From NCBI RefSeq assembly GCF_902652985.1, contig NC_047025.1, forward strand, positions 36,890,001-36,954,000: 64,000 nucleotides of DNA, given 5' to 3'. The first letter of the stretch is position 1. Every line of letters starts with the position of its first letter. Both the position numbers and the translations under genes were made by a program. This document shows, one piece after another, positions 35,511-48,437 of this stretch. The stretch is from Pecten maximus. Lineage: Eukaryota. The notes beneath the pieces are model-generated. The model had not been told where the DNA came from. It was given only the letters and a program-made list of their open reading frames with translations, and made no database searches.

Positions 35511-38500
35511 TACCACAGTTTTATATCAACTGTCTTAGATGAATTGTACTTGTATGCTGTTTTGTACTTCTACAGTGTAGTTGAGCTCACCTGTCATTAG
35601 GAGGAGAACCAGGTGTAGAATTAGGTGTATATGAGCTTTTACAATGAAATGCAGTCTATCTACTTTCTATCTGACATTTCTACAACCATATGGGCATGTG
35701 TAATGGAATTAGTCTTTGTAGCATAGATCTATCAAATCTTTGTAGATTACATTTGTTCAAACAGTTGTGAGCCGTCAGCAGAGGATTTTTGTAAGTCCTA
35801 GTCAGAATAAAATCTGTATCTGTGAGGTCATTGGATTCGAATGTCTAAGAGTCAATACACCTGTAGGTTCCTTGGGTACACGCCTATCAGTGAGTTTAAA
35901 TGTGTGTTTGGGCAAACGACTGATTGATAAGTTCAGGTAACCTTGAAGATCAAAGGTCATACATGTATGTATCAAGTCTTGTGTATCCTGTAGGGTATAG
36001 GTTAAAATCCTCCATATTTCCAGCAATAAGCAATATGAAACATGAGATTACAGATAACTGTAGGGGATGACTCATGTCCGATAGTCCAGTGATTTCAAAT
36101 TACTTAAGTAGTAGTTATTCAAAATAAATATATGAAAATGAACATTTTTCAACCTCTTTGTGATTGGTCTAGTGTGATCTTGTAGATTTTGATGCATTTA
36201 TTTCATGTCCAGATGTGTATCTCAACTCCTGGCTATGATTGGTTATCAGCATTAAGTAAATACTATATCAAATATGATTTTCTTATTATAGATTTATTTG
36301 TGTTTTACCCCTCCTTATATTTTTTACATAAAGGACCATTGACAATTTGAAGGCACAATACTCTGAACAAACTCACATTAAATCATTCATTGTAATATCC
36401 TGATAAAGTTCTGACTTTATATACATCACAGCATAAACTGTATCACATGAAACTTTCATTGTTTTCATAGTTTCTATGGAACCACAAATATAAATACAAC
36501 CAATGTTATATGTATTAGTGTTATCTTATTGTTGCCTGTGCGAACCAAGAAAGTTTGTACCGACGAAATAATTTGAGAGCTCTAAACCACAAAAAAAATG
36601 TTCACACAAACATTTTATCTTGTACAGTAATGCTTATCGCTTAGTATATGTAAATTATGATATTATTGTATTTATGTATTGGAATATAGGTATTATGATG
36701 TATAGGTGGATAGGTAATATAAACTTTTCAGGAGTAGAATTAAGGTCACATGTTATATCTAGTGTAGCGCATGCTATTTATTAATGGGCTGTGTTTTTTG
36801 ATAGATTTTTTGCATGCATAATCAGTTAGGATGTGTAATTTGCTTTAAAGCAAATTGTCCATATTAGATTTAAAAGATCAGTATTTTCCAATTTTTTCCA
36901 ATTTCAGTTATGTTTACTTGCTCCAGGTAAAGACGTATTGTTTTCAACCAAAATTTGCCTGTTTAACATGTCTGAATTATTAGAAATGGTAAAAATAATA
37001 TTTGATAATTGTCATAAAGTGCTTTGTTAGTGTCATAAAAGCTATATTTACCAATATCAGTCTAGTAATAATAATGGAATTCTCAAACATTAATATAACC
37101 CTGAATGCTCAACGGTAAGTCTAGGTTAAAAAATAAACACCTGAAATTTTCTTATGACATGTTGAATGTGCTAAACATACAATATCCTGACTCTGTGTGT
37201 ATTGTACCTTACATAAGCCAAGGTGAGAGTGTCTGTTTTACTATTACAGGGTCGACTGGGTAACTTAGACTTAGTATAAGACATGTCCACTATGTTTTGT
37301 ATCATTTATACAATTTACCCAATATTACAATAATACTAAAATGTACTGAGCTTCACTCTAAATGCATTAATTTATACCAATGTATAGGGAACCAATATCT
37401 GTTCCAAATCTTTGACATTTTTACCACCTTTATAATATTTTTACCGTTATATGTGTGTTAATACTTATTTAATAAATTATCAAAAGGTGACTGTTGTTGT
37501 TGCTTCTTGTAGAAAACAGAAAGAGACGCAGACATGTGACAGGAATATAAGTCACATACAATGTTAGTGAGACATACTAGTAGTCATTATGATAAACTTT
37601 GTCAGGATCCATGGAGTATGAGAAATGATCGCGGAGATTGGTCATTATAGTAGATCTACATTGTAATCACCGTAATGGCTTTACATGTATGTAGAACAAT
37701 GTCGGTAGTTTTACTTAGCTTGTAGCTCTAGACTCGGAACTTATCACAGAAGATGTTTCTGTTGTCACGGAACATGATTTAAGTTATAATGAAGTTATTG
37801 GTGGTATTCTGCTGATATTGAATGGATGCACAGTTATTACAAAAACAAGATCAAAGGACCGAGGGAAGCTTTAATCCCGGACAATGTTTATACATAGTGT
37901 CATCAATATCACTACGTGTATTTGTATATGTCATGTCTTCTGAACGGAGATGTTTTGGTCGATAAACAATATACACACTATATGTTTGTGTATTACATAA
38001 TATTACCCCATTTGGTTGTCATTTTGTTTAAGAACATTTTAAGTAAGAATATTTCTTCAGTTGACATTTTGTACTTCTTTTAAATCTTCAAATACATATG
38101 ATCAGTGACTGCTTTACATGAGAATTTTACGGATTTCTATATTTTTCCTCCAATTAACGTAACTATTTAATTCTCATTCACCAGATATACATATTGTGTA
38201 ACCAGAACAATACGCATCGTCTTTAAATTGCAAGAACTTTATCAATCATACTCAAAGAATTTGAAATCTAGAACATTAACGTTAATTTCATTGGTCTAAA
38301 ATTTTCTGACAACGTAACTTACATCATACTGAATGATAAACGTGATTTTATGGTTCTCTATGACATATATTAACATACCTCCTTCCCACTCCTTTTACAT
38401 AGTGATCACTGGTTTATTTCCAACATCACAATGTCCACGAGGAGAAACTTTACAGGTTGTCGGGAGATGGAGGTAAGTAAACATTTGTTAGGTTTTATGA

Positions 38501-38716
38501 TTGCTGTTAAGGAAAGCTGGTACGACATGCAAATTGCTTATTGTTAATTGCTTATATACTTCCATTACAAACCTGGACATATCGTTAAAATTTGTCAATG
38601 AAGAAAAACGTTCCTTTAAGATAAAGGAACTATTAGATGCAAAGCTGTATGTCTGTTTTGGCAGAAGGTCTAAGGCAGCATTTAATATTCCAAAGGCCTA
38701 TTGTAAGTCTACTGTA

Positions 38717-38884
38717 TGTTGATTCGTGGGTTCTGTACATGTGTGTGCATTCATAACACGAGGCTTGTCTGTCAGGCAGCCATATTTAATACACAAAGCA
38801 TCATGGGAAGCGGGTAATACAAATTACAGAATCGGTTGTATTAATTTACAAATCCGACAATGCGGAACGCATATATCATTAACA
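38717..38884 (-). repeat. 3' LTR of element 2 (168 bp); PPT GGAGAAGAAGGGA at 38885-38897
   Basis: Direct repeat of 43027-43194. Confidence 0.97.
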
Positions 38885-39245
38885 TCCCTTCTTCTCCAAT
38901 AATTTTGAAAGTATTTCAAAATAGTACTTTTCCTAGACCCGACTACCAAACATTTTTAACTCTCTATAAAATTGAACTGAGATTTTCATACAGATCTTAT
39001 GAGCATTACTTTTGTAGGAGTCTGAACACAATTGCTCAAAATCACATATTACTTTGAAACAAACAAAATAAATTGCAACAGTCTCTAACATGAACTTTAA
39101 CCAATAACTGAATGATTCACCATGAACTGTTTAACTTGACAGTCCTACGTATACTATGATCACAACTAAAATATTTGAACAGTCTCTTAAAGAATTGAAC
39201 ACAGTCACAGTCTGTAACTGAAACACAGTATCTAATAACGCGAAA

Positions 39246-42200
39246 TTAAGTAACATAGTCCTTTAAGTACACTGGCGGTTTGGAATCACGCTTAGGTCGG
39301 GTACTTCCTGTTGGTAACGGTTCCATCACTGTCATAGCTGTGCCACTTGTGGTAGGTTTCTTGGCTTCACTTTTACTCGAGATTTGATCATGAGACGACA
39401 TGAATTTAGTAGGCTCCACGGAGTCTTTCTGCGACACGTTTTGAGAGACAGTATCTGGTACGCGATTTGGAGACACTTCGCGAGGACGCGGTAGTATGGA
39501 TGTCGGCCTCATGTGGACGCGGTTCCTACGATATACACCACCATCTGGACCACAAACAGTGTAAGATTTCGAGGCAGTCCTTTCTTTCACTGTCCCGAGT
39601 TTCCATCGCTCTCCCTCTAGATGCTGGAAGTAAACGGTTTGTCCATTTTTGAGTGCGCGTAATGGATGCGACTTCCTGTCAAATGTCCTTTTCACAGATT
39701 GTCGACGCGCTTCGCGTTTCCTGTCAATTTCAGCATTTGGCACTGAGGTTGAGGTATCCTGACATAGACTGGGAATGAATGTTCGAGTTGTCCTTCCAAA
39801 CATTACCTGCGCTGGACTGACACCAGTATCTTGTCTGGGTGTGTTACGTTGTTCCAATATTGCTTCATATGGGTCCTTCCCTTCAACAAGAGTTTTCAAT
39901 AACAGGTTCTTCATGACCTTGACGGCGGACTCGGCTTTACCATTGGCTTGTTGATGCATTGGAGACGACATCACATGATTAATTCCCCAATGACTGACAA
40001 AATGTTTAAATTCACTGCTTGAGAACTGAGGTCCTCCATCTGACACAATCATCTTTGGGACGCCATAGCGAGCACAATGTTTCTTTACGAATGATATGAC
40101 ACGTGCACTTGTTGTCGTAGTAAGCAAGTCACACTCAATGAAATGCGAGTAGTAATCTACGGCTATAAGGTAGTCTTTCCCTTGTACTTGACACAAATCG
40201 AGTCCGATCTTGTGCCAGGGTTTTGCTCCTTCAGTGTGCTGTGTAAGCGGTTCTGGCGCATTTCGCGGTTTCATCTCCTGACAAATTTCACAGGCATCAG
40301 CAAGTTGCTTGATGTCGGCTGACATACCGGGCCAGAATATCGTTGACCGGGCTCTCCTGAGCATACTATGGTAGCCAAGATGTGCACTGTGTAAACGCGA
40401 TTTCATGTCTGCTCGGAGACTTTGAGGAATTACTATAGATTCTCCCCTCATTATAATTCCATCAACAACTGACAGGCTTTCACGCAAATCAAAATATGCG
40501 GCGGCACCAGGGGGCAAATCCTGTCTTCTTGTAGGCCAACCTTCAATGACAAGAGTCATTAATGCTTGCAGGATTGAATCATTTGCTGTGGCTTCTCTAA
40601 CTTCAGAAATCCTAGCATCTGGGATGTCACCAAACACATTCACGGTCAGAATGCGAACACGTTCATCACGGTTTCCATCCGTCGAGTCGAGGTAAGCTCT
40701 ACTCAAAGTGTCGGCGATCAACAGGTTGACTCCTTTCACAAACTCAAACTCCACATCATATCTATGGAATCTCATCATGATGTCCTGTAGACGCTTTGGC
40801 GCCATACTCAGAGGTTTTTTCAGAATGGCGGCCAAAGGTTTGTGATCGTTCTGCACCGTGACGTTTCTCCCATATGTATATTGGTCAAAACGCTCAAGAC
40901 CATAGAGCACTGACAAAGCTTCTTTTTCTATTTGAGCCCATTTTCTCTCTGACACCGTAAGAGCTCTGGACGCGTATTCTACGGGTCTCCCTTCCTGTAG
41001 AAGTACGGCTCCGATACCATCCTTGCTGCTGTCGACTTGTAAGACAACCTCCTTATCAGGGTCAAAATATGCAAGACATGGTGTAGTGGTCAGCTTTTGC
41101 TTAAGTAATCTGAACGCCTTCTCACAATCAACAGACCAGTTCCAAGGCGTTCCTTTTCGGGTAAGAGCTCGGATTGGTTCCAAAGTTTCTGCCAAATCCG
41201 GTAAGAAACGGGACATGTATTGTGCCATGCCACACAAACGTTTTACACCTGAGACGTCAGTGGGTGAGGGCATGTCATGAATGGCCTTGACCTTTGCATC
41301 ATCGACCTTGACACCATCCTTCGAGATACGGTGACCATGAAATACAATTTCGTTGAGACCAGTTTCTTGCTTCTCTTCATTCAGTGTGATATGTTTTTCT
41401 TCACATCGCTTCAGGACGTTTTCTAGCTTCTGCTGATTATCACGTTGGGCGGAGACGAGGTCAGGACCACAACCTGGTACAATGATGTCATCCACGACAC
41501 TGAAAACACCATCAATGTCACTCAGGGCTTCATCTAATTTTCTCTGAAATATCTCACTGGAGACCTTCAGACCAAATGGCAGTCTGGTCCACCGGTATCG
41601 ACCAAATGGCGTAATCATTGTTGTGAGCAAGCTTGACTGTTTGTCCAACCGCACATGCCAATAAGCTTCTTTGATGTCAAGTTTGCTGAATATTTTGGCA
41701 TCCTTCAATTTTGGCAATATGTCATCTAGTACAGGTAGTCGATAATGTTCACGCATTAACGCGGTATTGAGTGGTTGGGGATCTATACACAGTCTCAACT
41801 TTCCATTAGTTTTGTGTACAACAGCCATCTGGCTGACCCACTGTGTTGGTTCAGTCACAGGAACGAGTACTCCAGTATCCTGCAGTCGATCAAGCTCCTC
41901 TTTTACCGAAGCCTGAATAGCTAGGGGCACCTTCCTGCACGGTAAGACTTTGGCTGGAATGCTCCCATCAGTACGTAGGGTTGCTTCACCTAAATCACCA
42001 AGTTTATGTGGGGTTTTCATGACTTGTGAAATGAAACGGTCATCATTAATGGTTACAAAACCAAGTTCCTGAATAGTCTTCAGACCTAATAGGTTGGTGA
42101 GTCCGTTAGGTACAACAATGAAAGTCACACTGGATTCAACGCTAGTACGGGGGTTTGTGACCTTGAGGGTACACTGCCCAAGAGGTTCCAAGTTAGTCTT

Positions 42201-42851
42201 GTTCCACATATTTAACTTCACTTTTGTGGGCGTTACTTGGGGCTTCCTCACATGTTTTTGACAAATAGTATTAACATCAGCAGCACTGTCAAGCTGAAAT
42301 TTCACAGAATTGTCATTTACAGTCAAAGACGCATGTATTCGTTGTTTGCCGGAATCAACTGCCATGAGCCATGCTCCATCTTCATCATCAAGACTTGTGT
42401 CCTCATTTGCGAGTGACACTGCGTGTACCTTCTTACATTTTGCTTTGAAATGGTTTCGTCCTTTACAAAAATCACAGGTAGCACCCCATGCTGGGCATTT
42501 CTCCTTTTGTCGAGCATGCTGATAACCACAAAAAGTACATTCATGTCCTTTACTAGAACTGGTATTGGTACGCGACGGTCTCGAGGGTTTCTGTTGACTT
42601 TGAGGTTTCACGAACGGTTTCCTCCCCTTCGAGTTTGGTTTCTGGTTATAGTTACTAGCAACTTTGTTCACTCTCGATGTTGGGTTAGTGTCACGAAGTT
42701 CTCTTACTTGCTTATTTGATTGTTCAAATGCCCTACAAACCTTTACAGCTTTCTCAAGGGTGAGTTTATCTTCCCTCAACAAGAGTTCCTGTAACTTTCC
42801 TGTTACTGTGAACACTATTTTATCGCGCATCATTCTCTCTTTTTCCTGGAA
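39246..42851 (-). CDS. pol: Gag C-terminus plus Pol (two Cys/His knuckles, protease, RT, RNase H, integrase) lacking its native N-terminus; first in-frame ATG at 42833
   Basis: CTFCGYQH...CPAWGATCDFCKGRNH; LDSAA protease; LRLCIDPQPLN and VVDD RT; VDSSKDG/QIEKEAL RNase H; HSAH..CEIC and SDGGPQF integrase. Confidence 0.92.
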   Translation of the reverse strand, partial: FQEKERMMRDKIVFTVTGKLQELLLREDKLTLEKAVKVCRAFEQSNKQVRELRDTNPTSRVNKVASNYNQKPNSKGRKPFVKPQSQQKPSRPSRTNTSSSKGHECTFCGYQHARQKEKCPAWGATCDFCKGRNHFKAKCKKVHAVSLANEDTSLDDEDGAWLMAVDSGKQRIHASLTVNDNSVKFQLDSAADVNTICQKHVRKPQVTPTKVKLNMWNKTNLEPLGQCTLKVTNPRTSVESSVTFIVVPNGLTNLLGLKTIQELGFVTINDDRFISQVMKTPHKLGDLGEATLRTDGSIPAKVLPCRKVPLAIQASVKEELDRLQDTGVLVPVTEPTQWVSQMAVVHKTNGKLRLCIDPQPLNTALMREHYRLPVLDDILPKLKDAKIFSKLDIKEAYWHVRLDKQSSLLTTMITPFGRYRWTRLPFGLKVSSEIFQRKLDEALSDIDGVFSVVDDIIVPGCGPDLVSAQRDNQQKLENVLKRCEEKHITLNEEKQETGLNEIVFHGHRISKDGVKVDDAKVKAIHDMPSPTDVSGVKRLCGMAQYMSRFLPDLAETLEPIRALTRKGTPWNWSVDCEKAFRLLKQKLTTTPCLAYFDPDKEVVLQVDSSKDGIGAVLLQEGRPVEYASRALTVSERKWAQIEKEALSVLYGLERFDQYTYGRNVTVQNDHKPLAAILKKPLSMAPKRLQDIMMRFHRYDVEFEFVKGVNLLIADTLSRAYLDSTDGNRDERVRILTVNVFGDIPDARISEVREATANDSILQALMTLVIEGWPTRRQDLPPGAAAYFDLRESLSVVDGIIMRGESIVIPQSLRADMKSRLHSAHLGYHSMLRRARSTIFWPGMSADIKQLADACEICQEMKPRNAPEPLTQHTEGAKPWHKIGLDLCQVQGKDYLIAVDYYSHFIECDLLTTTTSARVISFVKKHCARYGVPKMIVSDGGPQFSSSEFKHFVSHWGINHVMSSPMHQQANGKAESAVKVMKNLLLKTLVEGKDPYEAILEQRNTPRQDTGVSPAQVMFGRTTRTFIPSLCQDTSTSVPNAEIDRKREARRQSVKRTFDRKSHPLRALKNGQTVYFQHLEGERWKLGTVKERTASKSYTVCGPDGGVYRRNRVHMRPTSILPRPREVSPNRVPDTVSQNVSQKDSVEPTKFMSSHDQISSKSEAKKPTTSGTAMTVMEPLPTGSTRPKRDSKPPVYLKDYVT

Positions 42852-43027
42852 GGTTCTTGATAGGGTAGGTTCCAAAACCTATGTGATTCTAATACCTCGT
42901 TGTCGCGGGGATTGCAATATTTCTCAAGAGCTTGCAATACTTTATTGGGGTCGTCCTTGTCCCCTTCCTCTTCCCACGTGATCTGGTCATAGATCTCTAA
43001 AACATGTGATCCCACCGCTGCCACCAT
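42852..43027 (-). pseudogene. gag: Gag N-terminal remnant fused to the PBS, out of frame with the main ORF
   Basis: HVLEIYDQITW...LEKYCNPRDNEVLESHRFW typical of this Gag family; frame break at ~42850. Confidence 0.85.
43009..43026 (-). other. PBS of element 2, tRNA-Leu (TGGTGGCAGCGGTGGGAT)
   Basis: Directly after the 5' LTR; complementary to the metazoan tRNA-Leu 3' end AUCCCACCGCUGCCACCA. Confidence 0.92.
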
Positions 43028-43194
43028 GTTGATTCGTGGGTTCTGTACATGTGTGTGCATTCATAACACGAGGCTTGTCTGTCAGGCAGCCATATTTAAT
43101 ACACAAAGCATCATGGGAAGCGGGTAATACAAATTACAGAATCGGTTGTATTAATTTACAAATCCGACAATGCGGAACGCATATATCATTAACA
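43027..43194 (-). repeat. 5' LTR of element 2
   Basis: Direct repeat; TG..CA. Confidence 0.97.
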
Positions 43195-43499
43195 CTGTAT
43201 GCCATAAAGCATTAGCATACAGCAATTGAATTAAATAATGCTAAATGTTTATAGTGTTAGAAACCATTAATCACCTTTGAAGCAAGCGATGTATGCTTTG
43301 TTTACTCAGTTTAGAATGGTTTTATGCGGAAAGTTCGCATTAAAGCATTTAGAATAAATAATTTAGCATTAAGCATGTCGTACCGACAAGTCAGCAAGAC
43401 GGGAGTACGAGGACATCAGGTGAATGATTGAACACGCAATTGTAGCTTTCATAAATTTCCTTAATACCTAGAGCAGCAACAACTTGAATATAAAAATAT

Positions 43500-43955
43500 T
43501 TTTAAAAAAAAGAGAGAAGGAAATCGAGTTATTCAAATTCGTCGTAACACCAGTCCTTCTGTATGGTAATGAAACGTGGAAAATGGACGAACGAGATGAA
43601 AAAACTGCAAGACACATTCCAACATGGTGCTAAAGAAGAATCCTTAAAAATCACTTGCCAGAAAAAGTTTCCACCGACACGGTGATAGAAACAGCCATGA
43701 TAGACACGATCAGTACCTTGATTAGGAAACGCCAATGACAGTGGATTGGCCATGTTCTGAGGATGGTACCCGTCCGTAGCACTCGGCTGAGGGCCAGTAG
43801 GGAAAAGAGAGGAAGATCGAAAAAGACGAACCATAGAAAGAAAGGATCGCACTGGGGTTTGAAACGTGGACAGATGCAGCAAGATCAGTCTGAGACAGAA
43901 GCACATGGAGGTGACCTGTTCACAGCCCTGTTCTCCACTAGGAGAAACGTAAGTC
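43500..43955 (+). mobile_element. Degenerate 3' fragment of an RTE-type LINE
   Basis: Frame-broken motifs PVLLYGNETW, RRILK, WIGHVLRM, RDRSTWR. Confidence 0.8.
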
Positions 43956-44960
43956 GAGTGTTCACTTGATGTCCGCTTAGTTCTTGATGGTTTACCCTCC
44001 TGCATGTGATTTTGTTTGCAATGGTGTTGCCCAATTCTCGCGTAACTACTGGTGTGGATGTCATCTCAGCTTCTGCAGTTCTCCCGATATCGCCTTTGGG
44101 GTCGGCTTATGCATAGTGTGTCGAGTTTGTAGTGTGTAGTCCAATGTCCAAATCAGTAGGAAAACAGGGTAAGCGCTATACCCCTCTAGTCTCGTAGCAG
44201 ATTATATGTATTTACAGTATCGTATTTTGGATTATTTGATCATTTTCTGCGTGTTCTCACCGTGCCGTTGACTATATTTCAGTATGTACTACTAATAACT
44301 AATTGTTCCCTGTATGTGATCGTTAAGGATTCCCACTTTCTTGAATTTGTATAGAGTTCTGTTTTTTCCTTGCTATATTTTCTGATCTGTTCCTAACATT
44401 GTTTTGTGTCGGCGTCCTTGTGTATTGCAGTCGCGGTAATTTATTATTGTATCCAGCAACGGCATTACACAAACAGGCTCAGTATGAGGCGACAAACATG
44501 GAGGGAGATGTATAACTGTAGTGTGATATCTTTCACATAGGATTGTATTATTGTTGTATGTGTGTTTAACTTAAGATAGTAATTCTACAACGTTAATTCT
44601 TGTCTTGATTGAAAGTTAAGAGTCTCCGCTATCCCTTCGTAATTTTATGTGATGAATATCAATTTGTTAGTATATACTGTAGCAGTTTTTACCTATAAAT
44701 GCATATTCCACTTGTCTCTTATTTAACAGAACATTCGGAGATCACGGACATCGTGTACCGTGAGTATGTCTATGATATGTTTACATACACATATTATACA
44801 TTTAAATGCACGCTGTTATATGTTTGATGATTTTAATTTCTCACTTGTTAATTTTACATCCCTGCTTCCCTTACGTTCGGTGTTAAAATGTCCCAGTTGG
44901 TTCGATATTCAAGGGATTATTCCCGTTTTCAAAATTCCCGCGACAGATGCCTACAACTCA

Positions 44961-45168
44961 TAGAGACATTAATAATGAGTGGTCTATAGAGGTACAGGTT
45001 GATGAAGAGTATGGATAGAGACATTAACAATGAGTGGTCTATAGAGGTACAGGTTGATGGAGATAGAGACATTAACAATGAGTGGTCTATAGAGGTACAG
45101 GTTGATGGAGAGTATGGATAGAGACATTAACAATGAGTGGTCTATAGAGGTACAGGTTGATGAAGAGC
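44961..45168. repeat. ~55-bp tandem repeat, 4 copies
   Basis: TAGAGACATTAACAATGAGTGGTCTATAGAGGTACAGGTTGATG units. Confidence 0.93.
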
Positions 45169-47222
45169 TTGGGGAAGTTTTTTGATCGACATAACGATCT
45201 CATTGTGATATATTCGGTTTCATTATGCGATATGAAGTCGTGTTCGATGCTTATCGAAAAGTACGATAGTTAACCCGTTAGGGCATGGTCTCTTTGGGAT
45301 TATCTTACCATGCAAGATGATCGCAGAAGTTATAGTTTACATCTAATCACACTCTGTGAATCCTTGTCAAAGCACTGCGAACTGTAAAACTTGGCATCGA
45401 GGTGTGATTAAATAGTCTGGTTATCTTCATTTTGTATTCGTATCACCGTTAGATATGAGTGACAATATATAGATTATACTTGTGCAAAGAAAAACTAGGT
45501 CATTAAATGTCTCCGTCCTTTTTTGTTCTTCCCCAGTGGCGCTACGGATAAAAGTATCTAAATCAAGAATGAACGATGAATCTAAACAAAAATCAGCCGA
45601 ACACAGGTATCTTCGCTAGAAATCTTAATGTTTAATAGTTGGACATATATATCTAATTGACAATGAGCACGATTTGTTCATGTATGAATGATGCTTGTAA
45701 AATTTTGTGACCGATGTTAACGTTATGATATGACTCTTTGTGTTGAGTTGTCACTTTTACCATTTATTTTATAACGTTTTTACGTTTTATGTTGATTCTT
45801 TATGTTGATTCTTTGTGTTGAGTTGTCACTTTAACCATTTATTTCATTGTGTGTTTAAGTTATATAGGTAGACCTTTATGTTGACTTGGCACTTTTACCA
45901 TTTATTTCATTGTGTGTTTACGCTGCGTGCGATATTTTTGTCTGTATGGGTCGACATCATGGTGTTTTATTTCAGTGAAATTTGATGACATATTCTTTGA
46001 ACATTTTAAACATATTATAATTAGTCATTATGTAGATATTGTGTTTGTGTTATTGTCTTTCGTATTAAGTATGTTGGTACTATACTTTCTAGACACAGTC
46101 TTCGTGAAGAAGCAATGCATGAAGTTTGAGCTAATTTGGTTCACGTGAATTGAGGTATTGTACATAAACCACTTTTCTATTTATAGTAATATTTCCTTTT
46201 GGCCCCAAAAGAGACCCCAAGCAAGCTCTCTTGATGAGGAAACAGTCTACTTGATCGTTCGTGCTGCTTGTTATACAATGTACCATGCTTACATATCTGG
46301 ACTATTGAACTATAGGGCTATTATTTCTAAAATAAAAATAAAAAAAACAACTTAGATTTTGTTCGTGTGCCTTGAGACAGTCATTTTAGCCAGACGCATA
46401 CATCGAGGTGTTCGTTTCTAGTAGTTTGATCAAGACAGTTGTAAAGTGTTTTCATCTAGACGGCACTGTATCAGAATACAACTCAGGTAATACATATTTA
46501 TATAATAGTACAAATCAATTTTCTTTATCTGATTTCCTTTAAAAAGCCATGCATATTTTTGTAAACATCCATTAGCGTTTATACGATGTAAAGTTTTGTC
46601 TGCCATTTTGTTTAAACTATAAGCTTTAATGCTGCCCTCACTGGCGAATTAAAGTCCAGGTCAATACACTTTATCTGAAATAACGCCATATCAGTCCTGT
46701 AGATGATGATATTTTTATTTCATTTATGGCGAAATAAAATCCGTGAATTTAACTTTAGTATATAAAGGAATAACAGGCATTCATTCTATATGAGTTTTAT
46801 TGATTAAGAACATCTCAAGCTTTCAATTTATAGGTATGCACTTTAATCAGGCTGATACCTAAAAGACGTGATTTTGAAAGAATTCTTTTTATGTTCCAGG
46901 TAAAGTAATCATCGGTATTACTCAGTATTATTCGATCTTTATTGATAAAAAGGATCATATACCTCGGCATTTTACCAACATTGGACTTTCCCGTTGTCAA
47001 ATACTCCAAATCTCAACCTACATAGACCAACAGAATAACCTTATGATGGAACTTATGTAAATAGAATACTGACATTCTGTTTGCTTGGTATCTGGACTAT
47101 TTTATGGAAGTGTGTATCAACAATCGAATCTTTGTCAAAGCTAGTGACAGTACTGACAATAGATCTATCAAATCTCGTGTTGTCTTTTAAATATACACTG
47201 TACTTACATATTTTTATCTGAC

Positions 47223-48437
47223 AGCTCACCTGGATCAAAGGTCCGGTGATCTTATGTCATGGCGCGGCGTCCGTCGTCCGTCCGTCATCCGTCAACATTT
47301 GCTTCAAATCGCTGAAAGTTCTTCTTGGATTTTGACCAAATTCGGTCAGAAACATCCTTGGCAGAAGGGGAACAGATTTTGCATAAATGATGACTCTGAC
47401 CTCCAAGGGGTCGGAGGGGCGGGGCCCAATGGAGGAAATTGAGGCAATTCCTTTAAATCGCTACGAGTCATAAAGCTATGAATGGGTATGAACTTAATTT
47501 GGTCAGAAACATCCTTGAGGGGAGGGGAACATATTTTGCATTAATGACGATTCTGACCGACAAGGGGCAAAAGAGGCGGGTCGAAAAGGGGAAATAGAGG
47601 TAATGTCTTTAAATCGCTACTAGTCATGAAGTTATGAATTGATTTGAACCCAATTTGGTCAGAAACATCCTTAGAAGTGGAACAGATTTTGCATTAATGG
47701 CGATTCTGACCCCCAAGGGGCCAGAGGGGCGAGGTCAAATAGGGGAAATAGAGGTAATTTCTTTACATCTCTACTTGTCATCATGTTTTTGATTGCTTTT
47801 GACCCAATTTGGTCAGAAACATCCTTGGGGGAAGCGGAACAGATTTTGCATAAATGGTGACTCTGACCCCCAAGGATCCAGAGGGGTGGGGCCAAATAGG
47901 GGAAATTGAGGCAATTCCTTTAAATTGCTACTTGTCAGAATATCCTGCATGGATTTGAATCAAATTTGGTGAGACAGATCCTTGGGGAAAGGGGAAAATA
48001 TTTCGCGTAAATGGCGACTATGATCCCCAAGGGGCTAAAGGGGCGGGGCCCAATAGGGGAATTAGAGATAATTCCTTTTAATCACTACTTGTCATAAAGT
48101 TATGAATGGATTTGAATCCAGTCAGAAGAATCCTTTGGGAAAGGGGAACACATTTTGCATAAATGGTTGCTGTTACCCTCCATCCCATGTATAGCATCGC
48201 TGGACGTTAAGGGATAAACACAATTCTGATGTAAAAAATTAGGCCCAAGGGCATTTCCCCTACCCTTACCCCTACTCTATACTTCATTATTTCTTACTCC
48301 CCCACACTATAACCATATATAGCATTGTTCGAGATTAACTTATAAAGCTACGTATTAACGCATTGAACATGAACATTATTTTGACGTTTGGTCAAATCGA
48401 ACCAGGTGAGCGATACAGGCCCCATGGGACACTTGTT
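47223..48437 (+). mobile_element. Complete HINE/pearl-like non-autonomous Helentron with ~5-6 internal ~157-bp core repeats
   Basis: 5' AGCTCACCTGG subTIR with palindrome, (CCGT)n, tandem TTGGTCAGAAACATCC cores, 3' CCAGGTGAGC subTIR, hairpin, CTTGTT. Confidence 0.88.

Larger units (their letters stand above)
38717..43194 (-). mobile_element. Ty3/Gypsy Mag-lineage (Steamer-like architecture) LTR retrotransposon; recent but gag-deleted
   Basis: 168-bp LTRs identical by eye; 5-bp TSD CTGTA (38712-38716, 43195-43199); tRNA-Leu PBS; PPT; single gag-pol ORF. Confidence 0.96.
38516..43387. mobile_element. Possible old ~390-bp MITE split by LTR element 2
   Basis: Inverted repeats GGTACGACATGC (38519) / GCATGTCGTACC (43373) with further imperfect matches; no clear TSD. 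Confidence 0.45.

Noticed and set aside
43529-44005. 158-aa minus-strand ORF
   Set aside because: Antisense to a degenerate RTE LINE fragment
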